A DNA stretch of 64,000 nt. Origin: Candidatus Binatia bacterium. GTDB taxonomy: Bacteria > Desulfobacterota > Binatia > Bin18. Below the pieces are notes generated by a model, which did not search any database, had not been told where the DNA came from, and worked only from the letters and a program-made list of their open reading frames with translations. The position numbers were made by a program, and so were the translations under genes. Shown piece by piece: positions 28,283-37,919 of the stretch. The stretch is taken from contig CAXXHG010000043.1 in NCBI GenBank assembly GCA_963666315.2, positions 96,001 through 160,000 on the forward strand. Direction: 5' to 3'. Positions within the stretch are counted from its first letter, which is position 1. Every line of letters begins with the position of its first letter.

Positions 28283-29125
28283 ATGGCAGCAACACAGACG
28301 TCGGCCGCGGTTGAAATTCAGGTAAAAGAAACCAAGCAAGAGCAAACGGGGTATGGCGAAATGCCGTTCATGCGCTTCATGGTTATAGGCTCAAGCCTTG
28401 GACTGCTTTCTTTACTTCTCATTAGACTGTGGCAAGGCGAGTGGTGGTTCCCGGTTGGCCTTGACGCCACAACACCCGAATTTGCCACCTATTGGCTAGG
28501 CCTGCTGTATATTGAGTGGGTCGTCCTTATCGCTGTCGGCGTGATGGGCTACCTGGCATACCGTAAACCATGCGCGATCTGCGCAGCCCATAAAATAGAG
28601 CTGGGCCGGATTGACCCCGAGCACGAACTCAACCACATTGGCAAGCTGTGGGCCACTGTTGCGGTGGCAGCCATCTTCGGCTTTGGCGTCAGCTATTTTG
28701 CTGAGCAGGACGCCTCCTGGCATCAAATCGTGGTACGAGACACAGCCTTTACCCCCAGCCATATTCCGCTCTTCTTTTATGCCTTTCCGATGTTGCTTGT
28801 CATGACCGCGATCAGCTCCTGGTACGCCTATAACCGCCTGCACCACCTGTATGTGGGTGAGGATGGTAAGGGCATCCCGCTCTCCTACCTGCTGTTTCCA
28901 GCTGGTGGCTGGCTCTTGTTCGCCAATGTTGCTTTTAATGAACTCGGACATTCGAGCTGGATCACTGAGGAACTCTTCGTCCAGCCCTTCCACTTCCCGT
29001 TTGCTTGGGCGACCTATTTCTTTTTCGCCGGATTTGCCCTGCTCTTTAAGACCGTCCCGCATATCTTTGAAAACCTGAAAGCGATGACACAGCAAGAGAC
29101 TCCAACTTCTGTGCATGCCTCGTAA
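28283..29125 (+). CDS. pmoC: Copper membrane monooxygenase subunit C (divergent PmoC/AmoC/HmoC)
   Basis: GLD..TPEF..YW, SYFAEQDASWHQIVVRDTAFTPSHI, NELGHSSWITEELFVQPFH; AGGAGG RBS. Confidence 0.92.
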   Translation: MAATQTSAAVEIQVKETKQEQTGYGEMPFMRFMVIGSSLGLLSLLLIRLWQGEWWFPVGLDATTPEFATYWLGLLYIEWVVLIAVGVMGYLAYRKPCAICAAHKIELGRIDPEHELNHIGKLWATVAVAAIFGFGVSYFAEQDASWHQIVVRDTAFTPSHIPLFFYAFPMLLVMTAISSWYAYNRLHHLYVGEDGKGIPLSYLLFPAGGWLLFANVAFNELGHSSWITEELFVQPFHFPFAWATYFFFAGFALLFKTVPHIFENLKAMTQQETPTSVHAS

Positions 29126-29196
29126 AAAGCCTCGCAGCAAGTCTCAATTCGTGTTACCCGCGTTGTCGAAACTCGTCATATAAAGACAGTAGCAGT

Positions 29197-29940
29197 ATGA
29201 AGGCCGAGGAACTCACCGCACTCGGACAGCATCGCTTGGCTAAGGCTTTTGACGTGATACTGCTCCTCGCCCTTATTGGCTTTTTCACCGTCATCCCACA
29301 TGTCAGTCGGATGCTGTATATGGGCGACTGGGATTTTTGGGTCGACTGGAAAGACAAACTGTGGTGGCCGATCGTCGGACCTGCTTCTGCGCTTTTAGTC
29401 ACTACCGTAGGCCATTATCTGGCTTGGTATTATCTGCGTCTCCCTCTTGGCGCGACCTTTGCCGCGGTCTGTGTTTTGATCGGGGCATGGATCAGTCGGA
29501 TCTTCAGCTTCTATGGGCTGGAGTATTATCCGCTGAATTTTGTCTGGCCTGCGACGACTATCCCTATGGCGCTGGCGCTTGATCTTATCCTTTTTTGGTC
29601 ACGCAGTTATTTGGTCACGAGCTTCGTCGGCGGATTTTTGTGGGGCTTCATCTTTTATCCCATCAACTGGCTCATGCTCATGCCTTTTCTCCAGCCCATT
29701 ACACTCTTTGGTAAGACGTTTACGATTGCCGATTTAATGGGCTATTACTTCGTACGCCCGCAAACGCCGGAGTATTTACGGCGGATTGATGAAGGCACCT
29801 TGCAAGCCTTCCTTGGCCAGCGGATATGGATCAGCGTCTTAACGGCTGGTGTGGCTTGCACCATTGTGTACTGGGTCGGTATCGGGATAGGCAAAGCGCT
29901 CGGGGTCATGCCCCTGAATAAAGTGATCCGGCAAACGTAA
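29197..29940 (+). CDS. pmoA: Copper membrane monooxygenase subunit A (divergent)
   Basis: GDWDFWVDWKDKLWWP, RLPLGAT, YPLNFVWP, FYPINW, ADLMGY.FVR..TPEYLRRI. Confidence 0.93.
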   Translation: MKAEELTALGQHRLAKAFDVILLLALIGFFTVIPHVSRMLYMGDWDFWVDWKDKLWWPIVGPASALLVTTVGHYLAWYYLRLPLGATFAAVCVLIGAWISRIFSFYGLEYYPLNFVWPATTIPMALALDLILFWSRSYLVTSFVGGFLWGFIFYPINWLMLMPFLQPITLFGKTFTIADLMGYYFVRPQTPEYLRRIDEGTLQAFLGQRIWISVLTAGVACTIVYWVGIGIGKALGVMPLNKVIRQT

Positions 29941-29979
29941 CCTCCTCGCGTCAGACGAATAGCCTTACAGGGAATTTTC

Positions 29980-31324
29980 ATGTCTCGTTGCGGAAAACTG
30001 TGCGCCACGCTCACCCTTGCTCTCTGCCTGTGCACGACGGGGGTTTCACCCCCTGGGGTTTCACGCGTCCAAGCCCATGGCGAGCACAACTTGGAGCCTT
30101 TTATTCGTATGCGTGGGGTGACGTTTTTCAACGTGCAGTTCACCCACGACCAGCTCAAAGTCAATGAGACCATGACCGTGACTGGTAAGTTCCGGCTAAT
30201 GCACGCCTGGCCACGTATGCTCACAACGCCCGAGCTGTCTTGGATCGGTATTCTGGTACCCGGCCCGAAGCTTGCCGTGCGGGAACGCTGGATCAATGGC
30301 CGCTTTATCCAAAACTCATTTCATACCGAGCTGGGAGAAATATACGATTTCAAAATGGTTCTCCAGGCTCGGCAGCCCGGCCGCTATCACATCCATCCGC
30401 TCGTCAACCTGTCTGGTACCGGAGGACTGGTGGGCCCTGCCAAATGGATCACCGTTGTCCCTGGAGACGCCCCACCTTCCTATACCGTAGAGGTTGCGGC
30501 AACGGGCGAGATCATAGACCTAGAACACTTCGGATTCGCTCGACATAGACCTAGAACACTTCGGATTCGCTCGAATAGTTAGCTGGCATCTTGTTTTTGG
30601 TATTCTTGGAATTGCCTGGCTCGGGTATTGGGCGAGAAGACCCATAATCGTACGCTACGCTCTCTTATTAGAAGGCGTTGACGAAGAACAGATCACAGAC
30701 AAGGACCGTCGGGTTTCTTACATTTTCGGCGTAGTCTTGGTCGCTGTGGTTGTTGGCGGGTTGTGGGTAACAAATTCTGGCAGTCCGCCAACCATTCCGC
30801 ACCAAACGGGCGGTATATGGGATCTGTCCGGTCTGCCGCATCCCAATGCTGTGCAGACCAAGGTCAAGGAGTTCCGTTACAGCCCGACTCAGCGCGCCCT
30901 GAGCATACAAGTTGAAGTGACAAACAATTCAGACCAATCCGTATTATTACGAAAATTCAGTACGAGCTATCTGACTTTCATCAACCAGGACAGCCAAGCG
31001 CTGTACCCTGACGCCCAGAATGAGGTTCCTGTTATGAAAGTGGAACCTGAGGGACTCATCCAGCCTGGCGAAACCAAAGCCTTGACGCTGACTATGCAGG
31101 ATGCGGTGTGGGAAACGGATCGGTTCATCGAGTTCGATCAGCCCCAGATCAGCGCCGCCGGCGTACTTGTTTTTACCGACGCCCAGCCTCTTCCAGCAGA
31201 AGAACTTGAGCCCATGATGATGGGCAACAGCCGAGAAGGCTTAGGTGTTCCGTGGGAACATATCTCGAGCGTGAATGAGGTCTATTCCAATCTTCTGGTC
31301 GATTTTGGGCAAGTAGGGCAGTAG
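29980..31324 (+). CDS. pmoB: Copper membrane monooxygenase subunit B, frame broken by a 31-bp duplication (437 aa if one copy is removed)
   Basis: Signal peptide ending VQA then HGE at residue 33, PGP...R...NG, PGRYHIHP, IDLE..G...VSWH, two TM helices, second domain with VTNNS...IQPGETK...DAVWETDR. Confidence 0.9.
30513..30574. repeat. Perfect 31-bp tandem duplication
   Basis: CATAGACCTAGAACACTTCGGATTCGCTCGA at 30513-30543 and 30544-30574. Confidence 0.97.
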
Positions 31325-31500
31325 CGACTTTTGCCATCGAGCGCGACCAAAAGAGCACGAGCCGTTTGCTCCTGCGTGCGTGCTCTTGATCTTGAAGCGA
31401 GACCGCTGCCCGGGCAATTCATAATTGCCCCTACACACTGCTCTCACAGCTCCATGGCAACCCTGCCAAAGAATTGGCGATCTTCGAGCGAGCGGTATGC

Positions 31501-32022
31501 TTACACGGGCTCAGCGTCGATGAGGATGCCGGCCAAAAGTGCCGGCTCATCGCTTCGGTTGACCCACGCGTGATTTGTGCCACGCTGCACAACCACGTCA
31601 AAGGGTTCCAGGTCGACCTAACCCTCGTCAAGTAGGAGGGTCACCTTGCCCGACAGCAGAATGATGTAACCAACCGTGTGGGTAGTATGCATGCCTGGAT
31701 GACGGGTCATACCGACGAGCGCGCTCTCAGCGCCAATACTAGCAAACATTTCTCGCGTCCGAGTGGCAAGCGTCTGCGCATCCAGGTCAGCGGTTGCAGA
31801 ATCAGGTGCAAGTTCAAAATACCGAAACAACGATCCGAGCGGCGGGGGTTGGAGCTACACCGGCCGGTCGGCGGCATCGGCATTGCCTTGATTACTCGCC
31901 GGGATCTCTTCCGTGGCCCAAATCTCGGTCACCGGATCGAAAGCCTGGGGTGCATCATCGAACAACACAACCGATTTGCCCTGGGCGTTATGTCCCGTCA
32001 CCACTCGTCGAAGTTTTCGCAT
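31501..32022 (-). pseudogene. Cupin domain protein with two in-frame TAG stops
   Basis: RRVVTGHNAQGKS, PGMHTTHTV.Y, VVQRGTNHAWVN all in one frame; TAG at 31855 and 31618. Confidence 0.85.
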
Positions 32023-32284
32023 ATTTGCCTCCTTGTCCAAAGCGAACTGCCGCCTCAGCGTCCGGTACGTAATCCGCACGTCGCTCTTCAGTAAGGCACG
32101 GGTTTGCCTGATAACCTCAAAGAAAATCCATATCCGTCTGCCAGTCGCGATGGATTGTACAAGAGTGAAGCAACCGGGGATAGAATCGTCCCTAGCGCGT
32201 CTTTACTCCGGGGCCCGATCCGGCATAAGTTGACACAGACCGGTTCCCGCTCCCGCTATGCTCACCCCAAAGGAGATAACAATC

Positions 32285-32575
32285 ATGCCACTGTATTTAG
32301 ATGAAATCTATCTCAACGCCAGCAGCCCCGAAGCCGCGAAAAAAAGCGTCGGTCTCATCCAACAAGTCCTCAAGGACGGGTTTCCGCCCGGAGTGACCCT
32401 CAAGGCTGGGCCATGGGGATCGAATGAAGAGGCCAAAGTGGTGCTCATCCTCGATATCCAGGACCACTCGTTGACCTTTGACGGCTTTGCCAAAGCGGTC
32501 AGTGCCGGTCTTATTACGAAACGGCGTCTGACACCTTTGGTAGAATGGAGCGCTGTGGAGAAAGCCATGAGTTGA
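32285..32575 (+). CDS. Small hypothetical protein (DUF3303-like)
   Basis: 96 aa, AAGGAG RBS, PPGVTL.AGPW and LTPLVE motifs. Confidence 0.6.
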   Translation: MPLYLDEIYLNASSPEAAKKSVGLIQQVLKDGFPPGVTLKAGPWGSNEEAKVVLILDIQDHSLTFDGFAKAVSAGLITKRRLTPLVEWSAVEKAMS

Positions 32576-32931
32576 TATCCGCACGCTACCGACTGCGTCA
32601 CATCCCAACTGGCGGTGAGCCGGAACCGACTGAAGGGTAGGGGACCCGTCTCAAGCACGCGGAGCTCTCGTCTCGCACTATAACTGCTCCGATATTCCCA
32701 CAGACATTTCCGCAAGCACCCGAAGCGCAAATTCCCGCTTGAGCACTCGGTACGTTATCCGGCCCGTCGCTGCAGGGCGCGAGATTGTTCGTTAATGTCG
32801 GTGAAATTCACCCGCTCGTCTCCCCTCATAGACCAACTCCACCGATAAGAGCAGGCAAGCAGGCGGCGGACAATGTGTGTCGGAGCAGGGCTGTCCTTGC
32901 CCTACGCCTCCATGCGAAAGCAGGCCGGCTC

Positions 32932-34277
32932 CTACTCTGGAGCAGGCTGATCCTGCACAGGAAGCGGAGCAAGTTCCGCAGTATCGAGCACCACAGGCTT
33001 GCTGGCATCAATCCGGAGCCACACCAGCGCGCCCACAAGAGTAAGGAACACCATCACATAAATGGCGACCTCCCAGCCAAACCGATTCGCCAAGATCGGG
33101 GTGAGGGTCGGTGCGAGTACCCCACCCAAGATAGTCATGATGTTGGCGAACCCATAGGTCACCCCAGTGTACGGGCCACCAATATCTATGATCGTGGCAA
33201 ACGCGGACGCAGCGGACATATATAAAAAGCCATCCCCCAAAGACAGTAATACGATGGCCACATACGGGTCCGCCGCAGTTGCCCCAATGCCGGCACACAC
33301 CGCGCTCAGGACCAGGCCGACAATCGCCCCGGCGCGGCGGCCGTGCTTGCGCCCATATCGCCGGACCAGTGCGTCAGACCAGATCCCGCCTAAGGGACCG
33401 AGCAGCGCCACGGCTATGAAGGGGCCGGTGGCAAACATGCCCCCCCGAGTTCGCTGAATCCGCGCTCATTCACCAGGTATAGATAGAACCAGGCTTGATA
33501 CAGAAAGACTCCATAGCCCATGCAGAAGCCCGCGCTCCCGAGCAACCACACATTGGTATTGGTCAGCAAACGACGCCAGGGGATAATCGCGTCGGCGGCA
33601 CTCGTCAGGCGAGGATTATCGCCACGAATGTGCTGCAATTCCTGTGGGCTAATCTGAGGGTGTGTCTCAGGCTCATCAGTCACGTAGGTGTACCACCGAA
33701 TGGCGAGCCCGATCCCGATGAACGCAAACATGTAAAACGACACGCGCCAGCCGTACTGCACCATGAGGAAGGCTACGATAGGCGGCGTGATTGCATAGCC
33801 GATACCCATACCACTCAGGACGAGCCCGCCAGACGAGGCCCGCTCATCCGGGGCCATCCAACAGGCCAGCAGCCGGGTTGACCCGGGATAACATGCCCCT
33901 TCGGCCAAGCCAATGAAAAAGCGCACGACGAGAAAGGCCGCAAACGGTCCCAATAGCGAGAGGCCCGGCACCTGCGGGGCAACGGCGGTGAGCGCGGTAA
34001 ACACGGACCACCACACGAGTGCGGCACCCAGCAGCTTGCGCGGCCCCAGCACATCGGCCAACACGCCCCCGGGCAGATGAAAGGCCGCATAGCCCAAGAG
34101 GTAGACTGAGTAGAGGACGCCGATCTGCACCTCGGTCGGTCCATACTCTGGCATGATTTGCTTGGCGGCCACCGAGAAGTTCACCGCGTCCATACTGCGC
34201 ACCACGCTGATCAGCACCAGCAGCCAGACGAGCCTCCAGCGGATCGAAGACACGCCGGTCATGGGTGGTGCCCCCAA
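32932..34277 (-). pseudogene. MFS transporter (anion:cation symporter-like), frameshifted
   Basis: NFSVAA, GVLADVLGPRK, RFFIGLAEG..YP, YGWRVSFY; break in the C-run near 33440-33446. Confidence 0.82.
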
Positions 34278-34369
34278 CTGCCGTCCTTCTCCACGGCCAG
34301 CTCACGGGCGTCGGGGAGCGCTGCTCGGCGCGTATCGCAGCCCTGATCATTCCTGGCGCATGCACGCGG

Positions 34370-34444
34370 AAGAGTCCTATACCTGATACGACCGGATTCT
34401 CGGAGGAGCGGGCGCGCTGCTTTAACGACTTCGGAGAATCTCAC
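34370..34444 (-). pseudogene. Orphan N-terminal head of an adenylate cyclase/AAA/TPR family gene
   Basis: MRFSEVVKAARPLLRESGRIRYRTL resembles the head of the gene at 35210. Confidence 0.55.
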
Positions 34445-35210
34445 ACAGCCTCCGACAGTTCGTCCAGAACCGCCTTGGCGTCTTTCAAATCTGCCGTGTC
34501 AAAGCCTTCAGTGAACCAGTTGAAGACCGGAGCGAGAAGGTCACAGGCTTCAGCCGTTTTTTCCTGCCGCTGCCACAGGCAAGCGAGGCTCGTGGCGGCA
34601 CGGAGCTCTAGGGACTTGGCTTGTTGATTTTGAGCAATTTCGATGGCCTGTTGAAAACATTCTTCTGCTTCCTCTTCGATCCGTGACCTGTCGCTTTCTA
34701 CTTGCGACTTTTTAAGCGTCAGCTCCCCTTTGAGCCGATACAACTCCGCCTCATAGAAACGCGCCGGTTCGATGGTGGCGCGAGCGTCTTCGGGATCGAG
34801 TCCTTCGATCAGCGCCGTCGAGCCCTTGAGGTCAGCAAACAGGGCGGTTATCGTTTTGCGCTCGCGTCACTCGCCCCTCGGGATTCCATAGCTTGCTGTT
34901 CGGCCCGGATACGCGCGGCTAGGCGTTGGGGCGTGTAGCTGGCTAGGGTCTGGGGAATAGGGGTTGGGGGTCGGACTCGGGATGCAGCTTCTCCGTTTCC
35001 CCGATTCTCGGTTTCGTTTCCCTCTCCTATCCAGACAAGAATCTTATCGTCTTCGTCCGAGGCCACTCGCTCGGAATCAACCAACTCGACCTTGATGTCC
35101 TCAAGATATTCATAATCCAGATCAAACTGACGTTTCAAAGCTCTATGAGAAATCCGGCCTTTACTCCGCAACAGCGCACGCGCTTGGTCGAGGACATCGA
35201 TAAACGTCAT
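34441..35210 (-). pseudogene. Adenylate/guanylate cyclase-AAA ATPase-TPR gene with a large internal deletion
   Basis: N-terminus MTF.DVL.QAR.LL...GRIS.RALKRQFDLD; cyclase start KTITALFADLKGST..IEGLDPE joined directly to the C-terminus EAELYRLKGEL...KSLELRAATSLA.LW...WFTEGFDTADL. Confidence 0.85.
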
Positions 35211-35282
35211 GTTCTCCCCACTTGGAGAGGCGATTATAGGAGAGAAAAGCCGGGCAGGATAGCTTTATGCCTTCGGGCCGGT

Positions 35283-36260
35283 CTACGGTACCAAAACAAC
35301 CTTACCGTAGGCTTTGCCCTCTCCACTCACTGCCCGGTGAGCTTGGGCCGCTTCAGCGAGCGAGAATTCTTGCCCAATGACGGGCTGGAGGGTGCCATTG
35401 GCGAGCCCAGCCACAAGCGAGGCGTGGATGCGGACAAGGTCTTGTGGCGTCGCGTTGCGTAAAGTCATGCCGATAATCGATGCGTCACGCATCATGGCCG
35501 CACGTGGGTTAATCTTAACTGTACCTTGGTTCTTCTCCCCCCGATTGCCAATCACGATAACACGTCCCCGCATTGCAAGCAGATCAATATCTTTGCCAAG
35601 ATTGACGTTCGCCAGCATCTCTAAAATAACATCCACTCCGTGCTCGCCGGCCAGCGTCTTGGCCTCTTCTAAATAGGACGGCGCGCTGTGGTCAAGGACG
35701 TGCTGCGCACCCTGTTCAGCTACCAACTGACGCCCGCGTTCGGTACTCGCCGATCCAATTACCGTCATGCCAGCCGCCCGAGCAAGCTGGACACCGGCAA
35801 TGCCAACTCCACCGCTCGCCCCATGTACAAAAAGCGTTTCACCAGGCGCAGCATGTCCGCAGTGGAAGAGCGCTTGGTAGGCGGTCGCATAAGGGACAAA
35901 AATCGCGGCCCCTTGGGCAAACGCTGCAGACTCAGCTAGCGAGTGGACCTGATTTTCCGTACACAGAGCCTGTTCCGCATACGATCCGCTGAGTGACCCA
36001 GCGATATAGACACGATCTCCTACAGTAACACGGCTCACACCTTCGCCCACAGCCTCGATCACACCGGCTCCATCTGAGCCAGGGGTGTATGGCGTAGGCG
36101 GCTTGGGATAAATGCCGGAGCGAATATACGTCTCAACTGGATTGACTCCAGCCGCATGCATGCGTACGACGACCTGGCTAGGTCCGGGGGTGAGATCCGC
36201 GACCTCGTCTAGTTGCATCACCTCTGGATCACCAAACTCATGGACACGAATGGCTTTCAT
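35283..36260 (-). CDS. qor: NADPH:quinone reductase (zeta-crystallin-like MDR)
   Basis: AAGVNPVETYIRSG, TPGSDGAG, VHGASGGVG, GKVVL. Confidence 0.88.
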   Translation of the reverse strand: MKAIRVHEFGDPEVMQLDEVADLTPGPSQVVVRMHAAGVNPVETYIRSGIYPKPPTPYTPGSDGAGVIEAVGEGVSRVTVGDRVYIAGSLSGSYAEQALCTENQVHSLAESAAFAQGAAIFVPYATAYQALFHCGHAAPGETLFVHGASGGVGIAGVQLARAAGMTVIGSASTERGRQLVAEQGAQHVLDHSAPSYLEEAKTLAGEHGVDVILEMLANVNLGKDIDLLAMRGRVIVIGNRGEKNQGTVKINPRAAMMRDASIIGMTLRNATPQDLVRIHASLVAGLANGTLQPVIGQEFSLAEAAQAHRAVSGEGKAYGKVVLVP

Positions 36261-36281
36261 GGCTGTTCCTCGTCGTTCTGG

Positions 36282-37724
36282 CTACGATGCTGATTGCGCC
36301 TCGCCCGCATCTCTTGTCTCAAGCGCGGTCAACATTTCTTTGATCGTTGTCATTTTTTTACGCGGCTTGCCGATCTTTTTGCCTGTCTCGACTTCAATCT
36401 GATCAAGGTATTGCCAATCAGGAAAGGATACGGACCGCACGCCCTTCCGCGTGAGAAGAGCGAGGATAGCCTGCTCGTCGGCCGGTACAGCTTGGACGTC
36501 GGGCGGGGCCTGTCCGCTCCGAAAGTCCTCCAACATGAGCTGGACCGTCTCCACTGCATCGGCTTTATTTGTCCCTATTACGCCGGAAGGGCCACGCTTA
36601 ATCCAGCCAGTAACATACAGCCGCTCAATCGGCGCCTTGGTTTCTGGATCAATGACCCGCCCCGTATCATTCGGAATAATTCCGCCGCGTTCATCAAACG
36701 GAACATCTTTGAGGGGATGGCCTTTATAACCAATAGACCGAAAAACCATTTGGATGTTGGGTAACTCTTCGTATTCGCCAGTGCCACGCGCACGCAGCGT
36801 TCCCGCATCATCCTTCATCAAACGGTTCTTTTCGAGCTTCATTCCCTCGACGTGGTCGGTCCCATACAGTTCAACTGGAGAGACAAAAAAGCGGGCACGA
36901 ATCTTCCTCTGCGCAGAGCCCTCACCCTTAGGGATTTGGGCAATCAGAATATCCATATTGCGCTGATGGACCGGCTCTGTGGCCTGTTCCATAAATTCTT
37001 TATTCGCCTCGTCAAGTTCGAGATCTTTCGGCTCGACAACCAAGTCAGTAATAGGCATCTCGGAAAGTTCTCGAATTTCGGGATTGGTAAACGCCGCCTG
37101 GGCAGGACCGCGCCGCCCGAGCAGATAAATTTCTTTGACTGCACTTTTCTTGAGCGCCTCAAGCGCATAGTCTGCAATGTCTGTTATTGACAGCTCCTCA
37201 ATGGAACGCGCCAGGATACGTGTGACGTCCATGGCCACATTGCCATTGCCAACCACCGCCACACGCTCGACGTTGCTGAGGTCGAACTGGAGGTCACGAT
37301 AGTCCGGGTGTCCGTTGTACCAGCCGACAAAGATGGTTGCCGGATCACTGCCGGGCAGGTCTTCGCCTGGAATACCGAGCTGGCGATCAGATTCGGCTCC
37401 CGTTGCAAAAAGAACCTGGTGATAGTGCGCTAAGACATCGGCCAGCAGCAGATCCTCGCCAAAGGTCACATTGCCAAAAAACCGAAAGCCAGGCCGGTTT
37501 GCGATTTTCTCGTATTGTAGAATGACGGCTTTGATCTTTTGATGATCCGGTGCAACCCCACCGCGCACGAGCCCATACGGGGTGGGCAGCCGGTCAAACA
37601 AGTCCACGGTAATGGTGATATCTTTTTGCCGCAGCAATTCGCCTACGGCGTAGAATCCTGCCGGTCCGGAGCCAAAGACGGCCACGCGGAGCGGGTTAGT
37701 AGCGCTTCCAATCTGTTCTGCCAT
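36282..37724 (-). CDS. fprA: Ferredoxin-NADP+ reductase (FprA/adrenodoxin reductase type)
   Basis: GSGPAGFY, PYGLVRGGVAPDH, FVGWYNGHPD, GNGNVAMD, RRGPAQAAFT, GWIKRGPSGVIGTNK. Confidence 0.88.
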   Translation of the reverse strand: MAEQIGSATNPLRVAVFGSGPAGFYAVGELLRQKDITITVDLFDRLPTPYGLVRGGVAPDHQKIKAVILQYEKIANRPGFRFFGNVTFGEDLLLADVLAHYHQVLFATGAESDRQLGIPGEDLPGSDPATIFVGWYNGHPDYRDLQFDLSNVERVAVVGNGNVAMDVTRILARSIEELSITDIADYALEALKKSAVKEIYLLGRRGPAQAAFTNPEIRELSEMPITDLVVEPKDLELDEANKEFMEQATEPVHQRNMDILIAQIPKGEGSAQRKIRARFFVSPVELYGTDHVEGMKLEKNRLMKDDAGTLRARGTGEYEELPNIQMVFRSIGYKGHPLKDVPFDERGGIIPNDTGRVIDPETKAPIERLYVTGWIKRGPSGVIGTNKADAVETVQLMLEDFRSGQAPPDVQAVPADEQAILALLTRKGVRSVSFPDWQYLDQIEVETGKKIGKPRKKMTTIKEMLTALETRDAGEAQSAS

Positions 37725-37919
37725 GTAGCCCCTTTTCCCAGAAGACCTGTGAGCTTTCTCGTGAGCATGCTCTTCTTGCGGAATTTGTACGCTATACATA
37801 GATCGATTTCAGTCGTCAACGTCAACTGGGAGAATAGGAAAGATTCCTTGCTTTAAGAACTAGAGAATGGCAAGTCATGAAGTGCCGTATAGTGAACGCG
37901 TGGAAAAGGAGAGTAGTCT

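Noticed and set aside
28571-28591. Heme c attachment motif in PmoC
   Set aside because: The sequence is CAICAAH, not CxxCH.
30513-30574. 31-bp repeat as a CRISPR array
   Set aside because: Two abutting copies with no spacer, inside a coding gene; no cas genes in the window.
28283-31324. Calling the organism a methanotroph or nitrifier
   Set aside because: The PmoC signature residue is Ala and no supporting pathway genes are in the window; substrate cannot be fixed from sequence.
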